A stretch of DNA of 63,922 nucleotides, counting the filler, from Reticulomyxa filosa (lineage: Eukaryota > Protista > Foraminifera), in the NCBI GenBank assembly GCA_000512085.1. It is 14 parts of 14 records of this genome, joined end to end, with 100 filler letters (N's around TTAATTAATTAA, not from the genome) between each part and the next. Parts side by side here need not be neighbours in the genome. Positions count along the whole stretch, not along the records: positions 11,589 to 23,897 come from ASPP01033849.1; 13 more parts are not named here. The stretch is one strand, 5' to 3'. The notes beneath the pieces are model-generated. The model was not told the DNA's origin. It saw nothing but the letters and a program-made list of their open reading frames with translations, and ran no database searches. This document shows, piece after piece, positions 12,113 to 23,997 of this stretch. The first letter of the stretch is position 1. Every line of letters starts with the position of its first letter. The translations under genes were made by a program, and so were the position numbers.

Positions 12113-15100
12113 TTAAGATTCCTCTTGAGGAACACCAAAGAAGCGGATCCATTGTGCAAGCTCAATATCGAACCAACTTTCATATTCTTTCACATGTTCG
12201 ATATCCGTGCCCACCAGCTCTATAATCTTTCTGAAAAGGAATTCTTTTTGCAATGGGGAGTGAAAATATGGCCTCAATGTTTGTTTTCCACCGTTTAATT
12301 TATTCAAAGCCGATGCAAGCTTATCTGGATCATTTCTATAAAACCAGAGTCGAGAGGCATGATCAATTCGTAATCCCGAACAAATATCATTTCCATAACT
12401 AAGAGTCTTTGAGCATGCATCAATGACCGGAAGAATAGAGCCATCCGTACTGAAATCGTACACAATGCTGTCATCTTTGGATAGTAGTAACTGTGTATGA
12501 TTCTCCATTGACGATATAAAATTTTCTTTGCTTCCTTCTCCTCATCTTCATCATTATTCAGGGATTTGACTGCAACACAGCCAATTTTGTATGATATGTC
12601 GGTTGGAAATCTCATAACTGAGAGAGACGCATCTTTTATTATTTGGTATATTTGCTTATATATTTACAATGCTTTGCCAAAAGTATATATGCATATGAAT
12701 ACAAACCATCTAAATTCAACCCACAGAGTTTTTTGCACTGAGTCAAATCAATAATTCCATATTTGGATAGATTTTGCAGGGAAAGCCATTCCACATTTGG
12801 TGGAATGTGCAAACTTTTTCTCTTTGCAGAGGTATTCTTTTTGAATGTCCACTCAAAAAACACATTTGTAGAAGCGGTTTTCCCATTATAGATGTAATGA
12901 AAAGCCAGCAAATTTGGACAATTTTGCAAAATAGAATTGACAAATTCAATCTCCTTGTTCTTGCTTGTTAACACGGAATCTTTGTCCTCATTTATACCAA
13001 CGCATTCATCAAATTCTTGCAATTTTTTGATTCTGTCGTCGCTATCCACGAGATTTAGACCATCAATGGTGAGATATTTCAAACATGGCATTTTGGTGGG
13101 ATTGATCCATTCAAATTTATTTATAAACAGCAGCTCACTCAAATGTAAATGTACAAGATTGGGAAAGTTGGGATATTCTTTTAGTTGGTAATTGTGCATA
13201 CCCTTCCGAATTGTCAGTGATCTGATAGATTTCTCTCCTTTTCCAATTACATGAGATACGACACCTCCTTTCATAACTTCCCTCTTTTTTTTTTCCCCCA
13301 ATTGAAATCAACAAATTTGCAGCACAAAAAAAAAAAAAATTTATATATATACATATATAAGGAAAAAAACGTACCGCACGCTGTTGCCACAAAGAAAAAT
13401 CTGACTGATATGACAAAAGGAGTTTACATCTTTCTTTTTCATCGCATTCCTTCAGCAACTGATAAAGATTCCATCCTTCCAGATTTGCAGGAATCGGAGT
13501 ATCTACATCTCCGTTGCTGTCGGAGTGGTTGACTCCAGCTGAATCCAATTTGGTTTCCATTTCTTTTGTTATTGAAAAATCAACAAGCTGACCAAATACC
13601 ACATGTGTGGTAGCATTGCTTAAACTCTCCAATCTTTCGCGACAAATCCCTGAAAATTCATCTCCAATTATCACGTCACTCCAATCAATTTCATTCTCGA
13701 CATCTTCATTGTTACTGTCATCACCATCATCATCCTCCCCACTGTTATCACTATCCAAATCTTCAAATTCTTCTATCTCTCTTTCTTTAGATTGTTTTTC
13801 TCCTTTTTCATCTGCATTTTTTTCTTCTTGTTCCTGCTCTTCTTCTTCTTCTTGTTCTGCACAAGGCGAAGGAGCAAAGACAAATCCAGTCATTCCATGA
13901 TCGGCCAAGAATTGATAACAAATATCGTTTTCCCGTTCGGTATCATCACCTTGCTCAGATGAATCCGTATCCAACAAATTTTCAATCAATTCTCGTGCAC
14001 ATAACACATGGTCATACAGATAGTGAATCTGAAGCTCAACAGCACCACGAGGAAAGGAGCAATTCGAAAATTGTGGAGACACCCATTTGCGCATTTCTTT
14101 GGCACATTTGCACAAAGCTTCTAATGCTTTCTTCCATTTATCTTTCATTTTTGTTTTAACAAGAAAAAAAGAGTGAAAAAAAGGAGCGAAAAAAAAGAGT
14201 GAAAAAAGGAGCGAAAAAAAAGAGTCAAAAAATTCTTTATAGTCTCTTTTTTTCAAATAACTTGATTGAAAATCATAATAGCAGAATTTTTTATTAATTT
14301 TGTTATTATTTGCATTTGTAATACAAAAAACCATTGTTTTGATAATGGCATCGTTGCAGGAATGTTTGGACAATAGCGTTTTTTTTAACTGTTTAATGAA
14401 TTCGGAAGGATAGATATCATTACAAATCAATTTTGAAATAGCATATTTTACTTGTTGCTTCCGTTCGGTCAGAGTGGCACGAATCTTTGGAAAATCTTGC
14501 TTAGATACAAAATTGAAAAAGCCATGATTTGCCCCCATTTGCATTCCATCGCTGCTTTTCAAATTTTCAATAAATTTGGCCACTCTTTGCTCCAAATGAC
14601 CTTTTTTTTTTCCTTTCTCTTTTGATTCCTCTTCATCGTCTTCATCATCACTTTTCTTTTTTCAGCACAAACTACTTTTCTCCACAAAGATGTGGAGCTC
14701 GGATCAAACAGAGAGCGATACAACATATATGGTTTTTTTTTTAAAAATGAATCCGCGACTTTCTGCCATTCATAGCCTCCACATAGCTCCCATTTTCGAA
14801 TGCTCTGCCAAGGAAATGCTGTCCGATACGACTCTGTTGAATTCAAGAAGTCTCTTACACTTTTGCTGTGCTTTGTTATCTCCTCATTTGTCACATCTAT
14901 GGTCACTCTCTTACGCAAATGCAGGCAGTTTAAGGTCAGCCATTCTTCAAGCCTCGTTTTCATCAATTTTTTTTCTTTTGGTTCAATTACTCTCACTGTG
15001 TACTTTGTTTAAGCATTCCGACAATAATATATAGTTTAATCCGACAAACTAAAAAAATTTTTTTTTTTTTTTTTTTAACACAAAACAGTTCTATAGATCT

Positions 15101-15428
15101 GAGGATTTGATATCAATATTCGCCGGAACGAAGTTGATACTGTGTGCAATTGCGCCAATGAATCGCTACTTAAATTCAAAAAAATTAGAGCAAGTATACA
15201 GGACGGGAGAATTTCGTCAATAGGAGAAAACTTCATGTATGCAGTTACGATTTTTTCTTTTGTCTTATCGCTTACTCCATTTTTCATTGTAATTAACTTT
15301 CCTTCAGCTAATTCTTTCAGATCTTTTATTTCAAAAAACTGCCCCAATAATTTCAGCACTTCATTTGGTGTTTTTGCTCTTTTTACTTGTTGTTCTGCGC
15401 ACTCCAGAATATGTAGATATGGCTGCAT
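12113..15428 (-). CDS. F-box protein with acidic central region and C-terminal LRR-like repeats (multi-exon)
   Basis: F-box-like PIDEILPSCILALIFLNLSSDSLAQLHTVSTSFRRI (~15110-15225). LRR-like FPNLVHLHL, MPCLKYLTI, CPNLLAFHY. Successive ORFs are separated by A/T-run introns. Frame break at ~12528. Confidence 0.65.
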
Positions 15429-15512
15429 GCTTGAAACAGTGCTTGAAACAGTGTTTGAAACAGTGCTTGAAACAGTGCTTGAAACAGTGCTTGAAACAGT
15501 GCTTGAAATAGT
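15429..15512 (+). repeat. 12-bp tandem repeat (GCTTGAAACAGT)x7
   Basis: Seven head-to-tail copies, two with one substitution each, directly upstream of the likely F-box gene ATG on the minus strand. Confidence 0.95.
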
Positions 15513-16061
15513 ACTTAAAAGTGAGCGTTGAGTCCCTCCAACTGAAAATATTCTACAGCTGAAAGCTAAAATAATAGAGTAGAAACCTATGTAATGACAA
15601 AATATATGAGATAGGAACGTTAAAGTAAATATCATTTTATTTTTGCTCAGCCATGTATGAACAAAACGTTTTAAATTTATTTCACAAACTTTTTTTTTTG
15701 CGTTTAAAAACACCAATTTTGAAGAATTTATCTTTAAAAACAAAATGAAAGCATGACATTTTAACAAAGCTAGTCACGTTGAAGTAAACAATAAAATCTG
15801 GTTTTAATAGAGATTTTTGTAGTGCAGTCGACCCAAAAAAAATTCCAAAGTGAACCTTTACAAACATTTGCGAAAAATTAATTTTTGTATTTTTTAAAAG
15901 ATAATATTTAGAGAAACAAAATAAAACGAGTAACACTTTTAACTTTGAATTCCTGATTAACTTTTTTCCATCTTTTTTTTTGGATCGATTGTGGCTTATA
16001 AATATAATACGTTACAGTAATTTGAGTATTTATTGTTTAAGTAATAAAAAATTGCAACGTT

Positions 16062-18507
16062 TCAATGTCTAAGCCCTTTCAAGTAATGTTTGATCTGCAA
16101 GACCTTTGCATCAAAAGAAATGAGGCATGTACAATTCACTTGCACCTTATTTTTACTGTGGACAGCATTTGATTTTTTTGTTCCAATAAAAAAAATTAAT
16201 TCATGCCAAAGATGTTTATCATCTAAAAGGAGAGAAAAAAAAGACAAAAATGGTGAATTTGGAGTGTTATTTTGTTTTTTGTAGAATGGCTTTGGATTAA
16301 TGTGAGTCATATCTTGTGAGGACATTTTTGTGGCATAAATGGCGATTCTGCCACTTCCCCCTTGATTGGTGCATCCCTGATTTCCTCCTGTACAAGTGAT
16401 AGTACCAAAGACATGTTTAAAATTGGTGTTACGAGACTGCAGCTCAAGCAAAATGGAGCCTCCACTGCCGCCGCCCCCATGATGGGAATGTTCGCCAAGG
16501 TCTCCACAAAAGCCATTGGCCTGTATGGTTCCATTGTTGATCAGCTGTTGTTCAACAACAATTTCAAGGATGCCACCACCTCGTCCCCCTTTGCAAGGGA
16601 TCACTGCACCGTCATAAGTAGCAAAGCGACCGGAGCCCCCACCGCTGCCGCAGAGTATCTGTTGCAATAGCGTTTCCTCTCCGTACGTTGTCCCTCCTTC
16701 GCCATCGCCATCGGTCACTTCGCATTCCCTGCCAATCATTGCATGTCCAGCCCCGCCGCCAACATATGACGCGCCCTCTTTCTTACCCGTCGATTTCCCA
16801 CCCCTCCCCGGCCCCAAGTCGGAAGGATATCCCAGTCCGGAGCAGTCAAGTGCAGAGGAGGAGTGTTTAATCCACAAATGACTGGTTTTAATTTTGAGAT
16901 GGCCAAGTGGCCAACCATCACTATCATTGTCATCGTCGTAGTTATTATTGTCGTTGTTGTCTTTGTTGTCGCAATCGACAGTCAGTGTAATATTTTCGCC
17001 AACCAAATAAATACCAAACTTGAAGATATTCCATTGGTGATTCTTCAAGTTCACAGTCCTCTTATTTCCACTGACCAACAAAAAGTCGACTCCATTTTTC
17101 AACGGAGGAACAGAGACTCTCGAAGACAATATCTGTTCGACCATCTCTTGACAGATTCGATCAACTGTTTGTTGTTGAGCACAAATGCCAACGCCCTCGT
17201 CGTTGCTTTCTTTGATGTTTCCTGTCTGCAGGTCCTCCTATGTTTGGATACATTTGTAACCCTTCCTCCAGTGTCAATCAAAACACCTTTTCCACAGATG
17301 CTTTCGTCGCCCCGATTCACAAGTTTTTGCACAAGTGCAACCACCCCACACAAAAGACCACATACAAAATACAGCAATATAAAACAAGGCAGCACACAAA
17401 TGCTAGCAAAAAAAAAAAACCCGGCAGTCAACTGTGAATTGCATAGGCTCCGGATTGTCGATCTGCGACTCCAATGGAGCCAAGTCTTGTCTGAACAGCG
17501 CCTCAATCTGCATGTATTTCCTCTGTCGATCCAGCTTCAGCAGTGCAATCTCTTCGGCTTGCTCTCTGTTCTTCAGCCGGAGTTGAGCCAGTTCTGACTG
17601 ATTATTGTTTTGGTGTGCGAATATCAAAGTTTGTTCGATCATTTTGTCACATGTCGTCGAATAGAAAATATAACAAATAAATAAATAAATAAATAAATAT
17701 ACATATATATACATATATGTACATATATTTATTTATTTGTGTTGGAATAACTTGCACGTGGTCTTCATTTTGTTGAAAATTGACAATCCTTTGTTGCAAG
17801 AGATGGACCTCGCCGAGCACGAATTGTAAGTGTCTTTGCATCGCCTCTTGCATGTGACGGTCGATGTTGCTGTTGTTCAAGGCCTCATTGCAGCCGAATT
17901 TTTTGAAAGCGCAGTCCAATTGCGACAGACAACATGACTGATCCAAGTGATCTCTCACATCCTTCAGCTTCCCTCGATAGTTGCACACATTTGTATTTGT
18001 ATTTGCATTTGCATTTGCATTTGGGTTTGCATTTGCATTTGTGTTTCGCTCTGCATCTGCATCTGCGTCTATATCTGTATCTGCATCTGTGCCTGTGCCT
18101 TTGTCACCCTCTTCCGTTTGACTTATAAGTTGATACTGCTTCGGACAGATCACCATCAGGTCGTCGACGTATTGTCGCACTCCTCTTGCTTTAAAGTAGC
18201 TGCAGCTGTCGTGGTTCTCAATGGGACATCGGTTGGCGTTTGCGCTCAGATAGTTCATCAGACATCTCTCGCCCACTATCATTGCTTCTTTCATGTCTTC
18301 GTGCTCGTCGCATGCCAACTCCAGTGCGTTGTTCGCTACTTGTTTGCATAACATACACTGCAAGTTCTTGAACTGCTCGGGTTCTATTAGCAACGAGACC
18401 CAAGACTTGTCGAAGCAGTCTTCCAACAGTATCACTGCTGCTTTTTCTTCTTCATTTATGTTTTTCAGTTCCATTTCACCATAATTCTCCATTGTCGGTA
18501 TATACAT
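16062..18507 (-). CDS. RING-like/TRAF-type zinc-finger protein fused to coiled coil and C-terminal glycine-rich domain
   Basis: CMLCKQVANNALELAC..H...CL...CP..H, VICP...CNYRGKL...HL..SC, CAFKKFGC...HM...HL. Intron 17598-17751 and a second intron (~17238-17432). Last exon has GGGAGH, GSGGGSG, GGRGGG, ANG..GGGGSGGSILL. Exact 3' end uncertain. Confidence 0.8.
17990..18100 (-). repeat. Coding hexamer repeats (DA/NA/NT dipeptides) inside the zinc-finger region
   Basis: (GCATTT/GCATCT)n on the + strand encodes DADTDIDADADAERNTNANANPNANANANTNTN. Confidence 0.85.
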
Positions 18508-18810
18508 GGCCTTTCTGGTCTTGTCCAAAAAAAATCAATGTTTATGACAAAAAGCCCCTTTTTTCTTCCTCCTCTCTTCCTGTTACAAGACGTGAGCAAT
18601 GAAAATGACGACATAACAAATTAGATCTGCAAAAAAAGTGTGCAAATATTGACCTTTAAAACAAAGGGGTACCTTATGTATGGTTCCTCCTTTGAGATCT
18701 AGCCCTCAAAAGAGATGATGGTAGTAAATGAAGCGTGTTTATAAAAAAAAAAAAAAAGCGATTGAAATAAAATTAAAAAAAGATATTTCTCAATAAAAAC
18801 ACTCACATTT

Positions 18811-21374
18811 TCAGAAAAAAGGAAATTTTGACAAGAGTAGCTGAATCCACGAAGAGGTGGGCTGTTCGTCCTTTTTTCTCCACTCCTGATATGCGCAGTG
18901 ATACGCAGCAGCACAGAACCTCCACGTCAAGGATTGATGGGGGAAGTACCGCAAGTCGTTATCGGAAAAGTGCGTGCGTAAGAGAAAGACGAGTTGAAAC
19001 TCTTGGATGTTTGACGAATCTCGTTGAACCTGTCCCAGTTTGTAGGCAATCTCACGCCAAACCCTTAGCACCTCTTTCATGATAGTCAACGAGGTTTTCT
19101 TGACAAAGTCTTTGACTTGTTTTTGGAGTTCGTTTGACAGCGGACGTCGATACATTTCCAGAACAAATGGGGCAATGGAACTTTCGTCTAAGCGTTCGAT
19201 GCGCACCAAGTTATTCAAAAAGCGCCACAATGAGGCAATATGTTTGACGCAGAGGACATCGGCTGCGTCATTGAAATGGGTTTGCAACTCAAACAGACCC
19301 CAATCTTTTTTTTCAAAGTGCATGTTTTGAAGCAAGTCGGTCAAGGGCATGTCGGAGCGGAATTGATCCGGGTTGTCGGATAAGAAGACGATGGCATCGT
19401 TGAGTACCTCCAAAGCTTTCTGTTTCTGCAAGGAGGAGACGGTATACAAGCGAGTGTGTTCCCAAAGCGTCTCGATCTGAGCCGTCTGAATGTCATGATG
19501 CTGGGTCTCAATGGTGGTAATGCTATTATGAATATCCAAGTCGTGACGATATTGAAACAGAGGGACTCCAAGAGCCAGAGGCTGTCGACCGTGCACAAAG
19601 TGTTGATAAATTTCATTTTCGATGGAAGCGAGATCAAAGTACTTGTGCTTGTAATAGTGACTGTCGTTTATGGCTCCATACTCGAGTACAGGGACGCTAT
19701 GTCGTTGAATGATCGCATTTAGTTTTTTCTTATCAAAACACAGCACGTCATTTGGAGTGATATCAAACATGAATTTGTAAGTGGCTCTATTATTATCATT
19801 GCAATGATGCTGACTCTTTCTTTCTCCTTCGTTTTCATCGCCATCATTTTTTCCGTCCTCGTGCGTAGATAGTCGTCTCAAACGACGGAGAGTTTTCAAA
19901 AAGAGGTTTTGTTCGTCTTGCAAAAGACGAATGATTGTATAAATGCTAAATTGCGCTGTCACCGCCTTGGTGTCGATCACGGCCACGTGTTCGATGGACT
20001 TTGACAAGTCGTTGGCTTTGAGTCGCTGACAATACACTGCAAAGCTGTTCCAACACAATACAAGCTCGTTCCACCAGAGATTGCACTCGTACCTTTGCTT
20101 CACCACGTCGGTGATGCGCACGGAGCGCAGCTGCTCGGGCAGCTTCTGTCGCGAGTACTCGTCATGCACGTGTTTGACCAGCTTGGCAATACTGGGTAAG
20201 TATTGCAAAGTCCAAATGCCTTCGTTCCAGGAGAGTAGCTGTGCAGTCAATGGATACTGGTCGCATAAGCGAGGGTTGTGACTGAAGGCACAGCTTAGGT
20301 CTTTCCATGTCAGTGACTGCACTACCAAAAATAACTGCGGCATGCAGCTCATTTGATACAAATCCGTTAGCGCCTTTGTCTCTTCGATCTCGGCCATCAG
20401 CTCACTGAATGCCGTCAACATTGGCCGCTTTGCTACGTCCCTGCCATTGTTGCGAAGCGAAATGAACCTGTCTTTACTATTGAAAAATGTGTCGTACTCC
20501 TTGTCCAGCCTCTCTTCGAACTTATACACTTCCTCCATACTCGTCGCTATCAGGCCATTTGGATACCATTTCTCAAAATTGTCTGAAAAGTCTTTTAGCC
20601 AACTATGGAGTCCCATCTCCAACAGTTCCTCGTTCAGACCGGTTAGTCCCTCCAACTGCTTCCAGTCGTTCTTCACTTGCCACCATAGCATGTTGCTCAC
20701 ACTCTCCTCGCTCTTGTGCTGCACCAACTGCTGCAGCTTGTCTCTGTCCTCTGGAATGCACTCGTCTCTCAGCAACAATGCCAAGTGATTCACCAAGCGC
20801 AGCAACAGCCACGTTGTCAGCTTTATCGTCGTCGGCTCCATTCTTTTCGGCGACGTATAATATCTTCGCAGCATATACCAAATGCTTTTCGATCGAGGTG
20901 GCTTCGTCTCCACTTTGGAAGGTAGCTCCGGCGGAAAAGCGGATGTCTTCGATATAGAGGGCGTGCACACCTTGGCTCCACATCCGTCAATCCCGCAGAT
21001 CACCTCGCTGTACACAAACAAGGATGCATCCTCGAGCAACAGAGGGTGTCCGTTCCAACAGTAATATGGAACAGGCTCTTTCGCAGGGGCCGGCGATGAA
21101 ATGTCTGGGGACAGAAATGACCCCGAATCTGCAAATAGCAATCGGAAAGGGTTGTGTTTTAGGTATTGCTGCATGCACAAGAAATGGAAGCAAAGTCTGG
21201 CCACAATGGGGTCGAGTGTGTCTTCCATCGACTCCCAATGGAACCTCGATTTCACTGTGGATGTAAGATGATTGAAGATTTGTTTAAACGCTGTTTGTTT
21301 TAACAGTCCGGATGCATCTTGTGCATGGATCACTGCGCGCAAATCTATACATATATATGATATACATATATACA

Positions 21375-21423
<49 letters not shown>

Positions 21424-23794
21424 CATATATTTATATACACTCTTAACTTCTCAACTGCGCCTCCTTGTAAGTGAAACCGTACAGATTAACCAAGGACAAG
21501 CAATCGATAAGTATTTGACACGAAAGATTGAGATTTGGATGATACCTTTCATTGGTAAGGATTGTGTGAATATTGTCAATGAAACGGGGTCCATACACTC
21601 CGACCAAAGGATTGTAAAAATCGCAATGGAATGGTCTTGGAGTCAGAGCGGCAAAGATATTTGTTGGATTTGTCCCGCCGAAAAGAGGCACCTCTTGGCG
21701 AATCACAGGATGTGTGAAGATGAGTTCGATCCAATGGATACCCTTCCACATGTACAGTTGTTTCAAGAACCACACATGCAGCATGCGTTCGTACGAGCTG
21801 TTTTCGAAATCCAATCTCGACGACAGCAGCACGGCCATTCGTTTGATCAAGTTATGTACGTCGGTGTCTTGTGCGAGTTTTGGTACTTTGATGTTGATGT
21901 TGATCAAGCTGACGATGAGTTTGATGAGATCTTTTTTCAGACGCGAAATGCGAATAATCAGTTCGAGTTTATCGTAGTTGTGCTCATGACACCACAGTGT
22001 CCAATTGGTGATAGCGACATTATCTATATTGGCCTCCAGCAGCATTTTTTCGAGACAGCGATTGAGCAATACGGCATCCTTGGAGTATAGCAGCAGCGTG
22101 TTGTTGTCCACACATTGATGGATGCACATATCTCTCAGTATTTGCACTTGCAAGATGGCATTCTCTTTGTTCTGCTCGTACAAGTAGAGTAACTGCGCAG
22201 TATACGTTTTTTGTCGTTCGGTGTGTTTGCGTATGCCTTCGACGCGTTTGATGACGGCAAGCAAGTCGCGAACGAACAGAGGATACTTTTCGTTGGATGC
22301 ATTGCGGTTGTTCAAATAGCAAGATAAGATATGTCGAACGCACTTTTCATTGTCCAAAAGACCCTGTTTGAATCCTGTAAAATGCTTTTCCTCGTCGATG
22401 AATTCGTCCGTTTCCAAGTATTGCACTCCGAGATGTCGCAACTCCAATTTGCGAGCGTCCTCCAGCAGTTGGTTCATTAATCTCGTTTGATCATCGTCGT
22501 CCAAGCGCGACAGCAATTGCTTCGTCATACAATTCACAATAAGCGAAACCGAATGAGGGAAGAACAAGTATCCGGTATGGGACAATCCCTGCGGTAATGG
22601 GATCGAATTCCATAAACATCGCGTTACATCTACCAACCATTGTCCTACCCCATTTGCATCAATATTCCCTTCTTCTTTTCCTTTCTTCTTTCTTCTTCTT
22701 CTTTGTTATAAGCATACACATATTTCAATTCTTTGTGAAATACAAAATACGTAGCAATCATTCGCATATAATGCGTAATGGTTCGACGGAAACAGTGCAT
22801 GGTCACCTCGATGGCGGCGATGGAGGTCTTTCCACACGACAGCTGCGCCATTGCCACGATGATGTCGCGCAGTATACGTTGTTGCTTATATGTACGCAGA
22901 CACCACGAAAAGTACATCTGCACCAAGTCCATCGCGTAGATGCGATTGGCCTTTTCGGAACACACATTTTCCCATTTCTTCAGACAGTCGTTTGCGATTG
23001 GTATCTGTTCCAATGTCACCACGTAGTGCGTGATCCTGAAACCGACCAGGTCCTTGTTCGACGAAAATTGCTGCTGACACCACTTGTGGAGACAATGACT
23101 GAACGGAAACAACGACCTCGATCTCGTTTGCACCACGTACAGTTGTGGCTCAATGGCTGCCAGCAGCAATTGATTCGTGGTTATGTTCGGTATTTCCATT
23201 GTCACCAATTCGCTATTGCGCAACGCCCTTTCGAACAATTGTTGATACTCTTGGTTGTTTTTCTCCTTGCTTTTAAAGTATTTCTTATTCACATACAAAC
23301 AATTTTTAATTTTTTATTTTATTTTTAAAAAAAAAAACAAAGTTTGACACAACTTTGAGACCACCGTTTTGATAAATAATCAACAACACATTAACAAAAG
23401 CCAAAATCGACAATGTATCCAAGATGTTTTGATGCTTTTCGAAAAACGATCCCTCAATCTCTTTCGCGTCACTCTGCGGTGCCAAGTCAAGCAAGATATC
23501 CTCGACCGATCGCTGTTGCATCGCTTTCGACAAAAGGGCTTTAATCTCTGCTCTACGATTGCCTCGCATTCCTTGTACTCGTCATTATTAAACAGCTCGC
23601 ACAGCTGCTTCTTCTCTTCCAGGCTGTTCATCGCACGTGGAAAGTGCAGCTTCCCGAAAGCCCTGCATGCGCACTCCGACAAATTCAGCTTTGACTGTCC
23701 GCTTATTACCTCCGCCACTGGCTTTTTCAAGTCTTTTTGCAATGATATTGGTTTCGTCGATAGTAAATAGTCGACATAAACGAGCCTCCATTTT
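18811..23794 (-). CDS. RNF213 (mysterin)-like giant protein, C-terminal portion with RZ-finger-like motif; 5'-partial
   Basis: More than 1,500 codons over several exons. RZ-like YYCWNGHP...ICGIDGCGA. RNF213-CTD-like LQYLPSIAKLV and FDLASIENEIYQHFVHGRQPL. Truncated by the linker at 23898. Frame break at ~23559. Confidence 0.72.
21347..21440. repeat. (TA)n/(TACATA)n microsatellite within an intron
   Basis: Directly visible. Similar intronic tracts occur at 23800-23897, 32085-32145, 44500-44630 and 47730-47830, plus (AAT)n at 33520-33562. Confidence 0.9.
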
Positions 23795-23997
23795 CTGTAC
23801 ATACGTACGTATACATATATGTTTATATACATATATGTATATATATATATTTTTTTTTTCTATAACGTCACATTATTATATACATACATACACACACNNN
23901 NNNNNNNNNNNNNNNNNNNNNNNNNNNNNNNNNNNNNNNNNTTAATTAATTAANNNNNNNNNNNNNNNNNNNNNNNNNNNNNNNNNNNNNNNNNNNN

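Noticed and set aside
15429-15512. Repeat array as a possible CRISPR
   Set aside because: 12-bp head-to-tail units with no spacers, no cas genes and a eukaryotic context.
21272-23328. Long + strand ORFs (272 and 243 aa) antisense to the RNF213-like gene, and 16863-17597 antisense to the TRAF-finger gene
   Set aside because: Shadow ORFs of GC-richer coding exons with no recognisable motifs. Some run through intronic microsatellites.
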